Of a stretch of DNA of 64,000 nt, positions 37,439 through 47,840 are shown piece by piece (within the stretch, counting starts at the first letter, position 1; the number at the start of each line of letters is the position of its first letter). Origin of the DNA: Euryarchaeota archaeon UBA121. Its GTDB lineage: Archaea; Thermoplasmatota; Poseidoniia; Poseidoniales; Thalassarchaeaceae. Below the pieces are notes generated by a model, which did no database searches, was not told the origin of the DNA, and saw nothing but the letters and a program-made list of their open reading frames with translations. Both the position numbers and the translations under genes were made by a program. The stretch lies in NCBI GenBank assembly GCA_002499865.1, contig DANL01000059.1, forward strand, positions 5,460-69,459. Direction: 5' to 3'.

Positions 37439-39646
37439 ATGGGTCGTAAGGAAGACAACATCAAGAGAGCTACAGAGATAATGCATGACCGCGACCATAT
37501 CAGAAACATTGCTATTGCCGCACACATCGATCACGGTAAGACTACGCTTTCAGACAACCTGATTGCAGGTGCAGGAATGATGTCCGAAGAACTAGCAGGT
37601 AAGTCCAGGGTCCTAGATTTTGACGAGCAAGAAAGCGCTCGAGGGATCACTATCAACGCGGCAAGCGCCTCCATGGTCCACGTCGTTGATGGTCAGGACT
37701 ACCTCATTAATCTCATTGATACGCCCGGTCACGTAGATTTTGGAGGGGATGTCACTAGGGCAATGAGGGCAGTAGATGGATGCATCATTCTAGCTTGTGC
37801 CGTCGAAGGGACAATGCCCCAAACCGAGACTGTAGTTAGACAAGCATTGAAGGAAAAGGTTAGGCCTGTTCTATTCATTAACAAGGTAGACCGATTAATC
37901 AACGAGTTACAAATTGATGGGCCCGAGATGATGAGTAGGTTTGAGAAGATTATCACTAAGGTAAACAAGCTAATCTCTACATACGCCCCCGAGGATCTCG
38001 GCAAGGAATGGCAAGTTTCTGTACAGAAAGGAACAGTGGCATTTGGCTCAGCATACTACAACTGGGGAATGTCAATACCTTACATGCAGAAGAGTAACAT
38101 CAACTTCAAGCAGATTTTCGAATATTGTCACGATGATAATCAGAAAGAACTTGCAAAGCTCGCACCTGTCCACACCGTCCTACTGGACATGACAGTTGAG
38201 AAGCACCCCTCTCCCGTAGTCGCCCAGAAGTACAGAATACCAAATATCTGGCAAGGGGACTTAGATTCTGGAGTAGGTAAGGCCATGATTGAGTGTGATC
38301 CCGATGGCCCTCTATCTCTTATGATAACTAAGATATGGATGGACCCTCATGCTGGCGAGGTAGCCGTTGGTAGGGTATATTCCGGACGAATTAAGCATGG
38401 TGAATCAGTATGGGCAATAGGATCGGCAAAGGCCGAGAGAGTTCAGCAGGTCGGTATGATGGTTGGAGGGGATAGAATTTCTACCTCAGAGGTGACATCA
38501 GGAAACATCGCCGCAATTACAGGAATTAGAAGTGCGGCGGCAGGAGTTACAATTGCAAGGGAGAAAGACGCTCCTCCGTTCGAAGCGATAAGACATATCT
38601 CTGAACCCGTTGTCACTGTTGCAGTAGAACCGAAGTCAATGAAGGACTTGCCCAAGTTCATCGATGCACTTAGGGGGCTTGCGAAGGCAGATGCATCACT
38701 AGAAGTGTCTACTAACCAAGAGACCGGTGAGGCTTTACTCGCTGGAATGGGTGAGTTGCACCTTGAGATTACTGTTTACAGACTAGAAGAAGAGCAAGGG
38801 ATCAAGGTCAAGGTCAGCGAGCCAATTGTCGTCTACAGGGAATCTGTTCAGTCAGATAACAAAGGAAGGCCCTTCGAAGGAAAGTCTCCCAACAGGCACA
38901 ACAGATTCTATGTCGAGGCAGAGCCCCTCCCTGATATTGTAGTCGAGAAACTAAGAGCTGGTGAATTCAGAGATGGTACTGTCAGGTCCAAAGATGCAAA
39001 GGAAATAGGCGATCAATTCGCTGAGCTAGGCATGAACAAGGACTTGATGAGGAAGATATACGCTATCAATGGGACAAACGTGCTTGTTAATGACACCAAG
39101 GGAATCCAGAATCTTCATGAGACTAGGGAGCTAATCATAGATGGATTCAATGATGTCTGTAAGAAGGGCCCAGTTGCTGATGAGCCTCTAATGGGAGTCA
39201 TGGTAAGGCTTGTTGACGCCAAACTACACGAGGACGCCATCCACAGGGGACCAGCTCAAACCATTCCCGCAGTCAGGAACGCTGTTAAGGGAGCTTTCAT
39301 GAGATCAAGACCGGTAATTTTCGAACCGATTCAGAAAATCCAGATAGACTCTCCCAACGACGTGATAGGCGGTGTTACCAGGGAAGTCTCTACAAGAAGG
39401 GGAATAATCGAGGACATGCCAGTCGAGGACGGAGTTACTAAGGTAATTGGTACGATCCCCGTCGCTGAGACATTCGGATTCTCCAACGATATTAGGGCCG
39501 CAAGCCAAGGAAGGGCCATTTGGAATATGGAAAATGCTGGCTTCGTTCACTTACCACCTAATCTGTATGAGAAGGTTACAGCCGAGATTAGGGAAAGAAA
39601 GGGACTGAAGCCGGAAATTCCAGGTGAGACTCACTATCAGGACTAG
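37439..39646 (+). CDS. fusA: Elongation factor 2 (aEF-2)
   Basis: AHIDHGKTT, RGITI, DTPGHVDF, NKVD; diphthamide loop HEDAIHRGPAQ. Confidence 0.97.
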   Translation: MGRKEDNIKRATEIMHDRDHIRNIAIAAHIDHGKTTLSDNLIAGAGMMSEELAGKSRVLDFDEQESARGITINAASASMVHVVDGQDYLINLIDTPGHVDFGGDVTRAMRAVDGCIILACAVEGTMPQTETVVRQALKEKVRPVLFINKVDRLINELQIDGPEMMSRFEKIITKVNKLISTYAPEDLGKEWQVSVQKGTVAFGSAYYNWGMSIPYMQKSNINFKQIFEYCHDDNQKELAKLAPVHTVLLDMTVEKHPSPVVAQKYRIPNIWQGDLDSGVGKAMIECDPDGPLSLMITKIWMDPHAGEVAVGRVYSGRIKHGESVWAIGSAKAERVQQVGMMVGGDRISTSEVTSGNIAAITGIRSAAAGVTIAREKDAPPFEAIRHISEPVVTVAVEPKSMKDLPKFIDALRGLAKADASLEVSTNQETGEALLAGMGELHLEITVYRLEEEQGIKVKVSEPIVVYRESVQSDNKGRPFEGKSPNRHNRFYVEAEPLPDIVVEKLRAGEFRDGTVRSKDAKEIGDQFAELGMNKDLMRKIYAINGTNVLVNDTKGIQNLHETRELIIDGFNDVCKKGPVADEPLMGVMVRLVDAKLHEDAIHRGPAQTIPAVRNAVKGAFMRSRPVIFEPIQKIQIDSPNDVIGGVTREVSTRRGIIEDMPVEDGVTKVIGTIPVAETFGFSNDIRAASQGRAIWNMENAGFVHLPPNLYEKVTAEIRERKGLKPEIPGETHYQD

Positions 39647-39647
39647 A

Positions 39648-41378
39648 TCAATTAATCCTGACTAACTGGAAATCAGTCATTTCCCTAAGAATTTTCAGTG
39701 ATTCTGACTCTTCCAGTATATCGAGGCATGAATGAGCCTTAGAATGGTGAAACATTGCCCTGTCTTTGGCATATTTTATGGAATCGTTATCATGCAGTTC
39801 CTGAACGGCTTCAGCGAGTAAATCCGGAGAGCACTCTCCAGAGCCATATGCCTTAGTGAAAGAAGGCAGATGATTCCCTGAGTCCAGAGCGTGAATAGCA
39901 ATCAGAGTTCTTTTTCCTTGCAATATATCTGATCCTGCAGGCTTTCCAAGAGTTTCAGTATCGCCAGTGATATCAATCAAATCGTCCATCAGCTGGAAAC
40001 ATAGTCCCATGTTCAGTCCCCATTCAGCTAGAGATTTTACAACCTCCTCGGATGCTCCGGAAAGCTTTGCGCCGGTCATCGCACATGTCTCGAACATTGC
40101 TGAGGTCTTTCCAGCGATCATCTCTATGTACTCATCTTCAGAGACGACTTCTCTTTTCTCAAACTCCATATCGATCATCTGTCCTTCAGCGACTCTTCTA
40201 ACCATCTCTCCAATAGACTTCACCAAGAACACTAGGTCATCAGAGGCAATATGCTCGGATTCGGCTAAAATCTCAAACGCCACAGCTAGCATTGCATCGC
40301 CTGCATTTATCGCTGTAGCATCGTCATATGCCACATGAACAGCGTCCAAACCCCTTCTGATTGGGTCCTGATCCATGATGTCATCATGTACTAGGGTAAA
40401 ATTATGAATTATCTCTATAGACGCACCTAGGGTATTATGCCCAGGATTCGATCCACCAACGGCATCTCCTACAAGTTTAGGCATTATTGCCCTGAGCCTC
40501 TTCCCGCCTCCAGTGAATAGGTGCTTCATAGCACCGTGTAGCCTCTCTTGCTTAATCTTAGACAAACTAGAAAGAATCTCATTCTCCACGATTTCTCTAT
40601 GTTCCTTTAATGCGCTCATCAATGAAGAACCCGGGGAAAACTGCTCACCTTCTATCGAAACTTCTCCGAATATAACAACCCCATCTCTTTCCTTAATATC
40701 ATCAAAATGTGGATACTGTTCTGCGAGAAACTCTCTCCAAAGTAGTCTAAACCATGGAGCCACAATTTCCCCTTCCCACTCACCAGAACCCTCCATTACC
40801 TGTCTAATTCCTTCAGGCCCAATCCACTTGTGGCCTGAAATCTCATTCTCATTAGGAAAAATCTCCAATGAATCCACTCTTGTAATCAAAACATGGTCTA
40901 CTTCGTTCTCTAACCATTCTTCATTCCATCTGCACTTATACTGAAAAGAACCAAGATGGGAGAATTCCATAGAGTTTGCAATATCTTGATCTATTCCCAA
41001 CTCCTGGGGAAGCTTCCTCTTCGCCGCATTAATACAGCCCTGTATCGGGTCCCCATTCTCTCCTTCAATATCTAACGGATGGCTACAACAACTATTTGCC
41101 CAAATTCCAGGAAATGTGATTTTATCATGAGATCTCTGTTGAATCAACAATCTATTATCGGAATCGAATATTAGGACACTGAATGCCCTATGAAGCAGAC
41201 CTTCTTCATTGTGACAGACTAATTTACTCTCGGATCCAATCATATTATCTTCTAGATCAACTAGAATACAACGCTCAGCCATCATCTCGGCCTGCGAGTT
41301 ATCATACCCAGAGAGAGCGTTGGCACCATCAGCCATGACATTCCGAGAAACCTTCGACATATAACAGAATCCAATCAT
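39648..41378 (-). CDS. Fusion: type 1 isopentenyl-diphosphate isomerase + polyprenyl (GGPP) synthase
   Basis: N-terminal LHRAFS..KITFPG.W.NSCCSHP..ENEVD; C-terminal GGKRLR, LVHDDIMD..RRG, KT and FQLMDD. Confidence 0.92.
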   Translation of the reverse strand: MIGFCYMSKVSRNVMADGANALSGYDNSQAEMMAERCILVDLEDNMIGSESKLVCHNEEGLLHRAFSVLIFDSDNRLLIQQRSHDKITFPGIWANSCCSHPLDIEGENGDPIQGCINAAKRKLPQELGIDQDIANSMEFSHLGSFQYKCRWNEEWLENEVDHVLITRVDSLEIFPNENEISGHKWIGPEGIRQVMEGSGEWEGEIVAPWFRLLWREFLAEQYPHFDDIKERDGVVIFGEVSIEGEQFSPGSSLMSALKEHREIVENEILSSLSKIKQERLHGAMKHLFTGGGKRLRAIMPKLVGDAVGGSNPGHNTLGASIEIIHNFTLVHDDIMDQDPIRRGLDAVHVAYDDATAINAGDAMLAVAFEILAESEHIASDDLVFLVKSIGEMVRRVAEGQMIDMEFEKREVVSEDEYIEMIAGKTSAMFETCAMTGAKLSGASEEVVKSLAEWGLNMGLCFQLMDDLIDITGDTETLGKPAGSDILQGKRTLIAIHALDSGNHLPSFTKAYGSGECSPDLLAEAVQELHDNDSIKYAKDRAMFHHSKAHSCLDILEESESLKILREMTDFQLVRIN

Positions 41379-42169
41379 CCAAGTATTTTGGTACCAATGG
41401 TGGAGCCCTCATCTAGAAGCTGACTGATTCTTTCTGGGTGATTTCCATTAATGAACCAAACTTCATCAACGCCTCTTGATATCTGAGAAGCTCTAGACGC
41501 CTTCAACTCAATTCCCCCCGTAACGTCCTGTTCGGAATTGTGCGAAGTCTCAATATGTTCCTCAGCACTCCAAACCGGCATGAGTCTTGATCCGTCTATA
41601 TTTGGTGGTAAATTCATCATCCCATCTACGTCTCCTAGTAGGAAGATAGAATGTGTCACTGAAGGTATTTCAAGTGATATCCTAGCCATCAAATCATCTC
41701 CTGAAAGTATGCCAAACTCTGCTCCTCCGCTAACCCTGACAACATCTCCAAAGGATACTGGAACGATGTCTTTGGGCGTATTCTCGAAGATATCCAAGTC
41801 CCCAATGAAGCTCCTCCCTGTTTCCTTAGCCCACACTGAAGGTGGGAAAACCGCAAATTCGACTCCAAAACTCTTCAAAGAATCTGTCACATATCCACAT
41901 AGCTCTGCCATGTCCGACCTAACTTTTACTACTGCATCACGTTGTTGCTCTGAAATTTCATCAACAACACCTGCCGCTAAAGACCACTTCTTGGCAAGTA
42001 GGTGTCCAAATGAACCGGCTCCGTGGATTAGTATTACTGAATGTCCATTTGCAATTATCTTCGAAATCTCACTGCATATGGAGTCAATAACTCCTTTTTT
42101 GGCAGTTTTAAATGAGGATTTATCCGTGATAAGCCCCCCTCCCAACTTCATTACTACCTTCGCGGCCAT
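41375..42169 (-). CDS. ipk: Isopentenyl phosphate kinase
   Basis: KLGGGLITDK, HGAGSFGH, ILSGD and DVTGGI..K motifs; ATGA overlap with the IDI-GGPPS gene. Confidence 0.9.
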   Translation of the reverse strand: MAAKVVMKLGGGLITDKSSFKTAKKGVIDSICSEISKIIANGHSVILIHGAGSFGHLLAKKWSLAAGVVDEISEQQRDAVVKVRSDMAELCGYVTDSLKSFGVEFAVFPPSVWAKETGRSFIGDLDIFENTPKDIVPVSFGDVVRVSGGAEFGILSGDDLMARISLEIPSVTHSIFLLGDVDGMMNLPPNIDGSRLMPVWSAEEHIETSHNSEQDVTGGIELKASRASQISRGVDEVWFINGNHPERISQLLDEGSTIGTKILG

Positions 42170-42251
42170 GTAGGTCTGAGGTACTGGTTAGATTTGGGTT
42201 CTCCTATCGTATTATTGAAAGGTTCATTTCTTATTGGGGTTTGGAAGATAT

Positions 42252-42581
42252 ATGTCCGACGCCGGGGAAATCGAAATCTTTCAGAGGTGGCTTCAGTCTA
42301 AGCTAGTTGCTACACAGCATATCGAGGATCCTGTCGAGAGGGATAGGAGAAGATCGCATATCGAATCTGCGATATCCGAAGCAATATATTTTAGAGAGTC
42401 TTTAGAGAAATTAGAGTCTCTTGAATCACCCGCCCCATTCATTGAGAGGAGCTCCTCTGTAAGGTCGATAGACAGTAGGGAACATGCTGTCTCTACCAAA
42501 GATGGCAAGAAATGCGTCAAATGCTCCGCTGATTTAGTAGAGGATCTCAGTTTCTGTCCTATCTGTGGAGAAGAGAATTAA
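42252..42581 (+). CDS. Hypothetical protein with C-terminal zinc ribbon
   Basis: CVKC...FCPICG. Confidence 0.7.
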   Translation: MSDAGEIEIFQRWLQSKLVATQHIEDPVERDRRRSHIESAISEAIYFRESLEKLESLESPAPFIERSSSVRSIDSREHAVSTKDGKKCVKCSADLVEDLSFCPICGEEN

Positions 42582-43271
42582 CTACTCTTCTTCATCCCAC
42601 TTTGCCCTAGCTAGTTGGAACTCTGGATCATCATCTGGTAGTATACTAAGATATTCGCCAGCTACTGAGTCTACCAAGTAAACGGTGACTCCTGCGTGCC
42701 AAACTGTCTCTCCTGATGCGACCATGGATGCAGTATCTACCTCCAATATAGTAGGTCTACTGTGATGGACTTTACCGGCTTCAGCAGCCGATCTGACTGT
42801 AGCTGAAAGATGGACATGGGATCTTCCACTAGGTGAAATGCCCACCTCAAGAAGATTGTCCGCCTCTTCCGGGGAGCAGGGATAGAAAAGAGAAGGGGGG
42901 ATGTTATCAGTTGGAAGATCCAACTCAATTTCTAAACTATGGCCGTAAGTAGCTCTGATTACATTGCCTCTGACTTCGTATCGTCCCTTGGGATCGGTCT
43001 CTGAAATTGCCCTGAAGTGATGTGGCCTCAACCAATGATATCTTCTCTCATTTGACTTCTTAAATTGCCTTATGATGTCCTTGATATCTATCCAGCCATT
43101 GATATCCATCTCCAAATCAAACTTTTCAGGAGCGTGCCTAAGTGCTAATGCTAACCTTCTCGCTAGTGAATCTCTTTCATTCCCCCTCATGATGAACTTC
43201 CCCTCTGAATTACACGCAGGGCATAGGTCATCATCCGAGAAATATCCGTGTATGCTGCACTCTCTAATCAT
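42582..43271 (-). CDS. kptA: RNA 2'-phosphotransferase (KptA/Tpt1)
   Basis: LRH.P, D.KGRYE, IRATYGHS and R.HVHLS motifs; N-terminal C..H..CPAC; start trimmed to ATG 43271. Confidence 0.92.
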   Translation of the reverse strand: MIRECSIHGYFSDDDLCPACNSEGKFIMRGNERDSLARRLALALRHAPEKFDLEMDINGWIDIKDIIRQFKKSNERRYHWLRPHHFRAISETDPKGRYEVRGNVIRATYGHSLEIELDLPTDNIPPSLFYPCSPEEADNLLEVGISPSGRSHVHLSATVRSAAEAGKVHHSRPTILEVDTASMVASGETVWHAGVTVYLVDSVAGEYLSILPDDDPEFQLARAKWDEEE

Positions 43272-43375
43272 ATTATCAGGTGAGCCAGTTGAAGCCTTCT
43301 CATGAACCTCTCGGTCGACAATGTTCCAATGTTCCCACCGCCAAGGGTTATTTTCTCCTATGCCTCCCGAGACAT

Positions 43376-44506
43376 GTGAGAGCGGTAATTGTCGATTGGA
43401 TGAGGAGCCCTTTCCATCGGGCACACAAGGGAAAGCTGTCAGAAACTCGCCCCGATGAATTACTTGGGCAAGTTACGAAGTCATTGCTGGATAGGAACCC
43501 CATCAACCTAGGCGATATTGATGATATCATAGTAGGTTGTGCATACCCTGAAGGTGAACAGGGATACAATATAGGTAGACTAGTTACGTTTCTCGGCGGA
43601 ATTCCCGACAAAGTCCCTGGGATGACCATCAATAGGCTATGTGGTTCATCTATGCAGGCTATACTCGTTGCAGCCTCAAATATTGAGAGTGGTTGGGGGG
43701 ATTGCTTTCTATGCGGAGGCATAGAGTCAATGAGTAGAATCAAGAGAAGGGGGTTCAATTGGAGCCCACATCCTGATCTCGAGAGAGAATTTCCAGACGC
43801 TTACATAAATATGGGGATAACCGCAGAGAATGTCGCCGAAAAGTGGAAAATTTCTAGAGATTCACAAGAAGAATTTGCCCTAGATTCGCACATGAAATCA
43901 ATCCATGCAAGGGATAACGGATACTTCAAAACTGAGATTTGTCCAATTACTACAGACGATGCCGTGATTGACGAAGATGGTTGTATAAGGGAAACATCCT
44001 TGGAATCAATGTCCAAACTAAATCCAGTATTCAGAGACAATGGTTCAGTAACGGCTGCTACTTCCTCGCCCTTGACAGACGGGGCAGTATGTATGCTTGT
44101 ATGTAGCTCCGAATTTGCTGAAAAGAATGGATTAGAAACATTAGCGAGAATAGTCACCAGTGCAGTAACTGGATGCTCCCCCAATATGATGGGAATAGGA
44201 CCTATATCATCCACTCGAAAAGCTCTCGAACGTTCAGGATGGACTATTGACGATATTGATGTTTTCGAAATCAATGAGGCCTTCTCCTCGCAAAGTATAG
44301 CCGTGATTAATGAATTGTCGATTGACTATCAGAAAGTAAATATCGACGGAGGTGCCATTTCAATAGGCCATCCTCTTGGAGCATCCGGGGCGAGAATTGT
44401 TGGAAAGGCCGCATCCATACTAGACAGAACCAATTCGGATAGGGCATTAGCGACAATGTGTATAGGTGGGGGAATGGGCATCACAATCGCACTGGAGAGG
44501 CCTTAG
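43376..44506 (+). CDS. Thiolase (acetyl-CoA C-acyltransferase)
   Basis: INRLCGSS, NEAF, GHPLGASG and CIGGG.G motifs; start trimmed to GTG 43376. Confidence 0.92.
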   Translation: MRAVIVDWMRSPFHRAHKGKLSETRPDELLGQVTKSLLDRNPINLGDIDDIIVGCAYPEGEQGYNIGRLVTFLGGIPDKVPGMTINRLCGSSMQAILVAASNIESGWGDCFLCGGIESMSRIKRRGFNWSPHPDLEREFPDAYINMGITAENVAEKWKISRDSQEEFALDSHMKSIHARDNGYFKTEICPITTDDAVIDEDGCIRETSLESMSKLNPVFRDNGSVTAATSSPLTDGAVCMLVCSSEFAEKNGLETLARIVTSAVTGCSPNMMGIGPISSTRKALERSGWTIDDIDVFEINEAFSSQSIAVINELSIDYQKVNIDGGAISIGHPLGASGARIVGKAASILDRTNSDRALATMCIGGGMGITIALERP

Positions 44507-45060
44507 AGAACAAGCCTGCCGTCACACTCCGGACACTTATCATCTTCAGTGAGTAGGGAAGGTATCACTGCTAATATGCTGGAACAATGAGGGCATGTTG
44601 CCATTACCTCCTGATCCGCCAGATCAATATTTTCAAAGCTATTTCTTCCCTCAAACCATCTTCTGAATGAGACGTTGTTAAGTGGCTTTATCCTTCTGAC
44701 TGAGGAAATACCGAGAAGGACGTACAAAGCTCCCACAATAGCAGAGGGACCCATTAACATTACCAGGAAACCTTCGAACATGAAGCAAATTCCCAATGCA
44801 CCTAGGGAAATTGTGGATAAGAAGATGCCAGGGCTCCTACGAAGACGCAGTAAAACGGCACCAGTAATCGATACAGGCAACAAAATCATACCAAATATCA
44901 TTGGAAAAATGAAAAATATTGATCTGTCGTACGGCAAGCTCAGGATTACGAGAAGTTGAACTATGGCGAGCATGACAAGTAGAAAAGAAACATGGCGAGT
45001 TACAGAAAACATACCCCGAGTCATAGTAGTCTCAAACATTCGCGGGAGCGACGCACTCAT
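44503..45060 (-). CDS. Hypothetical membrane protein with C-terminal zinc ribbon
   Basis: About 4 TM helices followed by CPHC...CPEC. Confidence 0.7.
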   Translation of the reverse strand: MSASLPRMFETTMTRGMFSVTRHVSFLLVMLAIVQLLVILSLPYDRSIFFIFPMIFGMILLPVSITGAVLLRLRRSPGIFLSTISLGALGICFMFEGFLVMLMGPSAIVGALYVLLGISSVRRIKPLNNVSFRRWFEGRNSFENIDLADQEVMATCPHCSSILAVIPSLLTEDDKCPECDGRLVL

Positions 45061-45083
45061 GAATCACTCGGCAATCGGAAGTC

Positions 45084-46271
45084 ATGGTCGGAGACACTGG
45101 CGTCAGTCAACTTAGCAACTCTCTGGTTGGTCGCAAGGTCCTGTTGGCAGTAACCGGAGGGATAGCGGCAGTGGAATCTATCAAACTTTGTCGAGAGCTC
45201 AGAAGACACGGTGCACATGTTTCCCCCATGATGACTAAGGAGGCTACTAAGGTAATTACTCCGCTAGCACTATCATGGGGTTCGAATAGTGATATCATAT
45301 CTAATTGGGACTCCTCTATGTCACAATTAGATGACTATGACGGAATCATTGTCGCCCCTGCAACTAGGAATACAATTTCTAAGCATCTGAATGGAATTAT
45401 TGACTCTCCAGTGATGATGGCCCTTTCGGCAGCTAGGGGAAAAGATACGCCATTAATTTTCGTTCCTTCCATGCATTCAGACCTCTTTGATGACCCAGTT
45501 ACTAGTGAAATTCTTTCTCAATTATCGTCAGAAGGATCACATGTTATTATTGACCATGAGAAAGAGGGAAAAAGAAAGCAACCAAGTCACATCAGGATAG
45601 TTGCAGAATTCAGCAACATCATCAATTCCGACCTTCCCAATAGAAAGAGGATAGCAATTACTCTGGGTTCTAATCTTGCACCTATAGATGATGTTCGTAG
45701 CATAATCAATCATTCCTCAGGAACAACAGGTTGGTCAATATCAGAATACCTATACAGAATGGGTCATGATGTTTTCTGCTTAGCTGGTCGTACGAGCTAT
45801 TATCCTAATTTCAATCTACCAAAAGTAAAATACGCCGAGCATCCAATAGAAATGCTAGATGAAGCAGTCAAAATCTCCTCATCCTTTTCACCAGAAGTTT
45901 GGATTTTTTCCGCCGCAGTACTAGATTATCTCCCCGATTCTTTCCAAAGTAAGATACCAAGCTCCAAAGAAGGAATACAAATTAATCTGACTCCCACACA
46001 GAAGCATATTCCTAAAATATTGAAGGCAACAGGCCAATGCTACTCGATTGGATTTAAGTTAGAAAGTAATGTAGATTTGGAACAACTATTGGAAAGGGCC
46101 TCCTCACAAATATCCCGATATTCTATGGATGCCGTTGTTGCAAATAGATTAGAGGATCTTGACAATCCTGATTCTCCTAGGGCATGGTTACTAGATTCTA
46201 ATGGAAAAAGCACTGAGATGCCAAATCTTACTTCTCTTTGTGAGATGATCGAGTCCTTAATGGCAAATTAA
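45084..46271 (+). CDS. coaBC: Bifunctional phosphopantothenoylcysteine decarboxylase/synthase
   Basis: VTGGIAA, APATRNTISK, PSMH, IDDVR.I.N.SSG..G, AAVLDY and GFKLE motifs. Confidence 0.92.
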   Translation: MVGDTGVSQLSNSLVGRKVLLAVTGGIAAVESIKLCRELRRHGAHVSPMMTKEATKVITPLALSWGSNSDIISNWDSSMSQLDDYDGIIVAPATRNTISKHLNGIIDSPVMMALSAARGKDTPLIFVPSMHSDLFDDPVTSEILSQLSSEGSHVIIDHEKEGKRKQPSHIRIVAEFSNIINSDLPNRKRIAITLGSNLAPIDDVRSIINHSSGTTGWSISEYLYRMGHDVFCLAGRTSYYPNFNLPKVKYAEHPIEMLDEAVKISSSFSPEVWIFSAAVLDYLPDSFQSKIPSSKEGIQINLTPTQKHIPKILKATGQCYSIGFKLESNVDLEQLLERASSQISRYSMDAVVANRLEDLDNPDSPRAWLLDSNGKSTEMPNLTSLCEMIESLMAN

Positions 46272-46319
46272 CGGCTCCATGATACGAATTATTCAAACCA
46301 GTCCCGCACACGGCGATAC

Positions 46320-47840
46320 ATGGGCAACCCTAAGAAGGCTAAGAGAGGAATTCCTCCAAAGTCTGAATTCAACTCTTGGTACCCCTCTATTGTGGAGATA
46401 GCTGACTTAGTTGACAAAAGATATCCAATTAAGGGAATGGATGTTTGGAAGCCTTACGGATTGAGGGCAATGTCACTTATCGACTCCCTTACGAGAAATC
46501 AGATGTCCATGACAAATCATCACGAACATAGATTCCCTCTACTGGTGCCAGAAAATTTGTTGGATAAGGAGAACAAACTAGTATCTAGGTTGAAGGCGGC
46601 CAGAGAAGCCGGAGTAGACCCATCGGAACTCAGAATGGATGAAGAAGACTCGGGTTTCAAGAAAGAGGTATACTGGGTAACTCATGGAGGTGAAAACGAG
46701 TTAGACTCTCCTATGTTCCTTAGGCCGACCTCTGAGACTCCCATGTATACAATGTTCTCACTGTGGGTCAGAAGCCATACGGATCTTCCGCTGAAGACCT
46801 TCCAGATTGTCAATACCTTCCGCTACGAAACTAAACAGACTAGATCATTCATCAGAGTCAGGGAAATCCACTTTTTCGAGGCACATACGGTACATGAGGA
46901 CGAGGAGGGCGCCACAGAACAGATCTCCGAGGATGCCAAAATGGTCCAGAGTATCTTGCACGATCTCTGCCTCCCTAATCTGGTTTCTAAGAGGCCAATA
47001 TGGGACACCTTCCCTGGTGCTTGGTACACCATGGCCGCTGATGTTGTAATGCCCAATGGTAGGACCCTGCAGGTTGCCACATACCATCACTATCGAGACC
47101 AATGGGCTAAATCGTTCGATTTGAAGTATGAAGATCCAAATGGTGAAACTAAATTTTGCCACCAAACTACATTTGGCATGTCCGAGAGATTATTGGGGTC
47201 TGTAGTAGGAATGCATGGCGATGATCAGGGACTGATAATGCCTCCTGCAATCGCCCCTTTCCAAGTAGTTCTTCTGCCTATCGCGGCACACATTAGTGAT
47301 GATGTAATGAGTGAGATTTCCCAAATTAATGAGCGTCTTAGCAAAATTGGCATAAGGACACACCTCGACGACAGAGATGTCAGGCCAGGCGTGAAACATT
47401 TTGACTGGGAGATCAAAGGAATACCAATTAGGTTAGAACTCGGTCCCCGAGATATTGACTCTGGCAGCTTCGTCGTTACTGAGAGAACCGGTAAGAAGTA
47501 CGAAGCTAAAATCGCAAATCTAGAGGAGGCTATCGTCACTGCTCTAGATTCGGTTTCTAATGAACTCAGGGAGAGGGCAAATGAAGTATTCAATAGTCTG
47601 GTTGTTGAACTTCCGGATATCATCAAGTCTGACGATGGACATGAGTTTTCATCTCCTCTCAATGATGGCACAGTTTACTCCTTCCCATTCTGTGGAAACG
47701 ACTCTGACGCAGAGGTCCTCGAGAAGCTTTCCGGACTAACAATGCTAGGCGAATGCGTTGAAAAATACTCAGAGACCAGAAATTGCATAATAACTGGAAA
47801 ACCAACAACGAACAAGCATCACATGGCTAGAATGTACTAG
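46320..47840 (+). CDS. proS: Proline--tRNA ligase (archaeal/eukaryotic type)
   Basis: LRPTSET, FRYETK.TR.FIR.REI..FEAHT, GMSER, MHGDD.GL; C-terminal ARMY. Confidence 0.95.
   Translation: MGNPKKAKRGIPPKSEFNSWYPSIVEIADLVDKRYPIKGMDVWKPYGLRAMSLIDSLTRNQMSMTNHHEHRFPLLVPENLLDKENKLVSRLKAAREAGVDPSELRMDEEDSGFKKEVYWVTHGGENELDSPMFLRPTSETPMYTMFSLWVRSHTDLPLKTFQIVNTFRYETKQTRSFIRVREIHFFEAHTVHEDEEGATEQISEDAKMVQSILHDLCLPNLVSKRPIWDTFPGAWYTMAADVVMPNGRTLQVATYHHYRDQWAKSFDLKYEDPNGETKFCHQTTFGMSERLLGSVVGMHGDDQGLIMPPAIAPFQVVLLPIAAHISDDVMSEISQINERLSKIGIRTHLDDRDVRPGVKHFDWEIKGIPIRLELGPRDIDSGSFVVTERTGKKYEAKIANLEEAIVTALDSVSNELRERANEVFNSLVVELPDIIKSDDGHEFSSPLNDGTVYSFPFCGNDSDAEVLEKLSGLTMLGECVEKYSETRNCIITGKPTTNKHHMARMY

Noticed and set aside
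41538-42173. 211-aa ORF antisense to ipk, and similar long antisense ORFs (29401-29958, 43801-44274, 54838-55329, 61243-61701)
   Set aside because: They lie antisense to well-supported genes, show Ser/Ile-rich shadow composition and have no recognisable motifs.
43272-43424. Long head-to-head overlap of kptA and thiolase
   Set aside because: It disappears when starts are trimmed to 43271 (minus) and 43376 (plus), leaving a normal divergent promoter gap.
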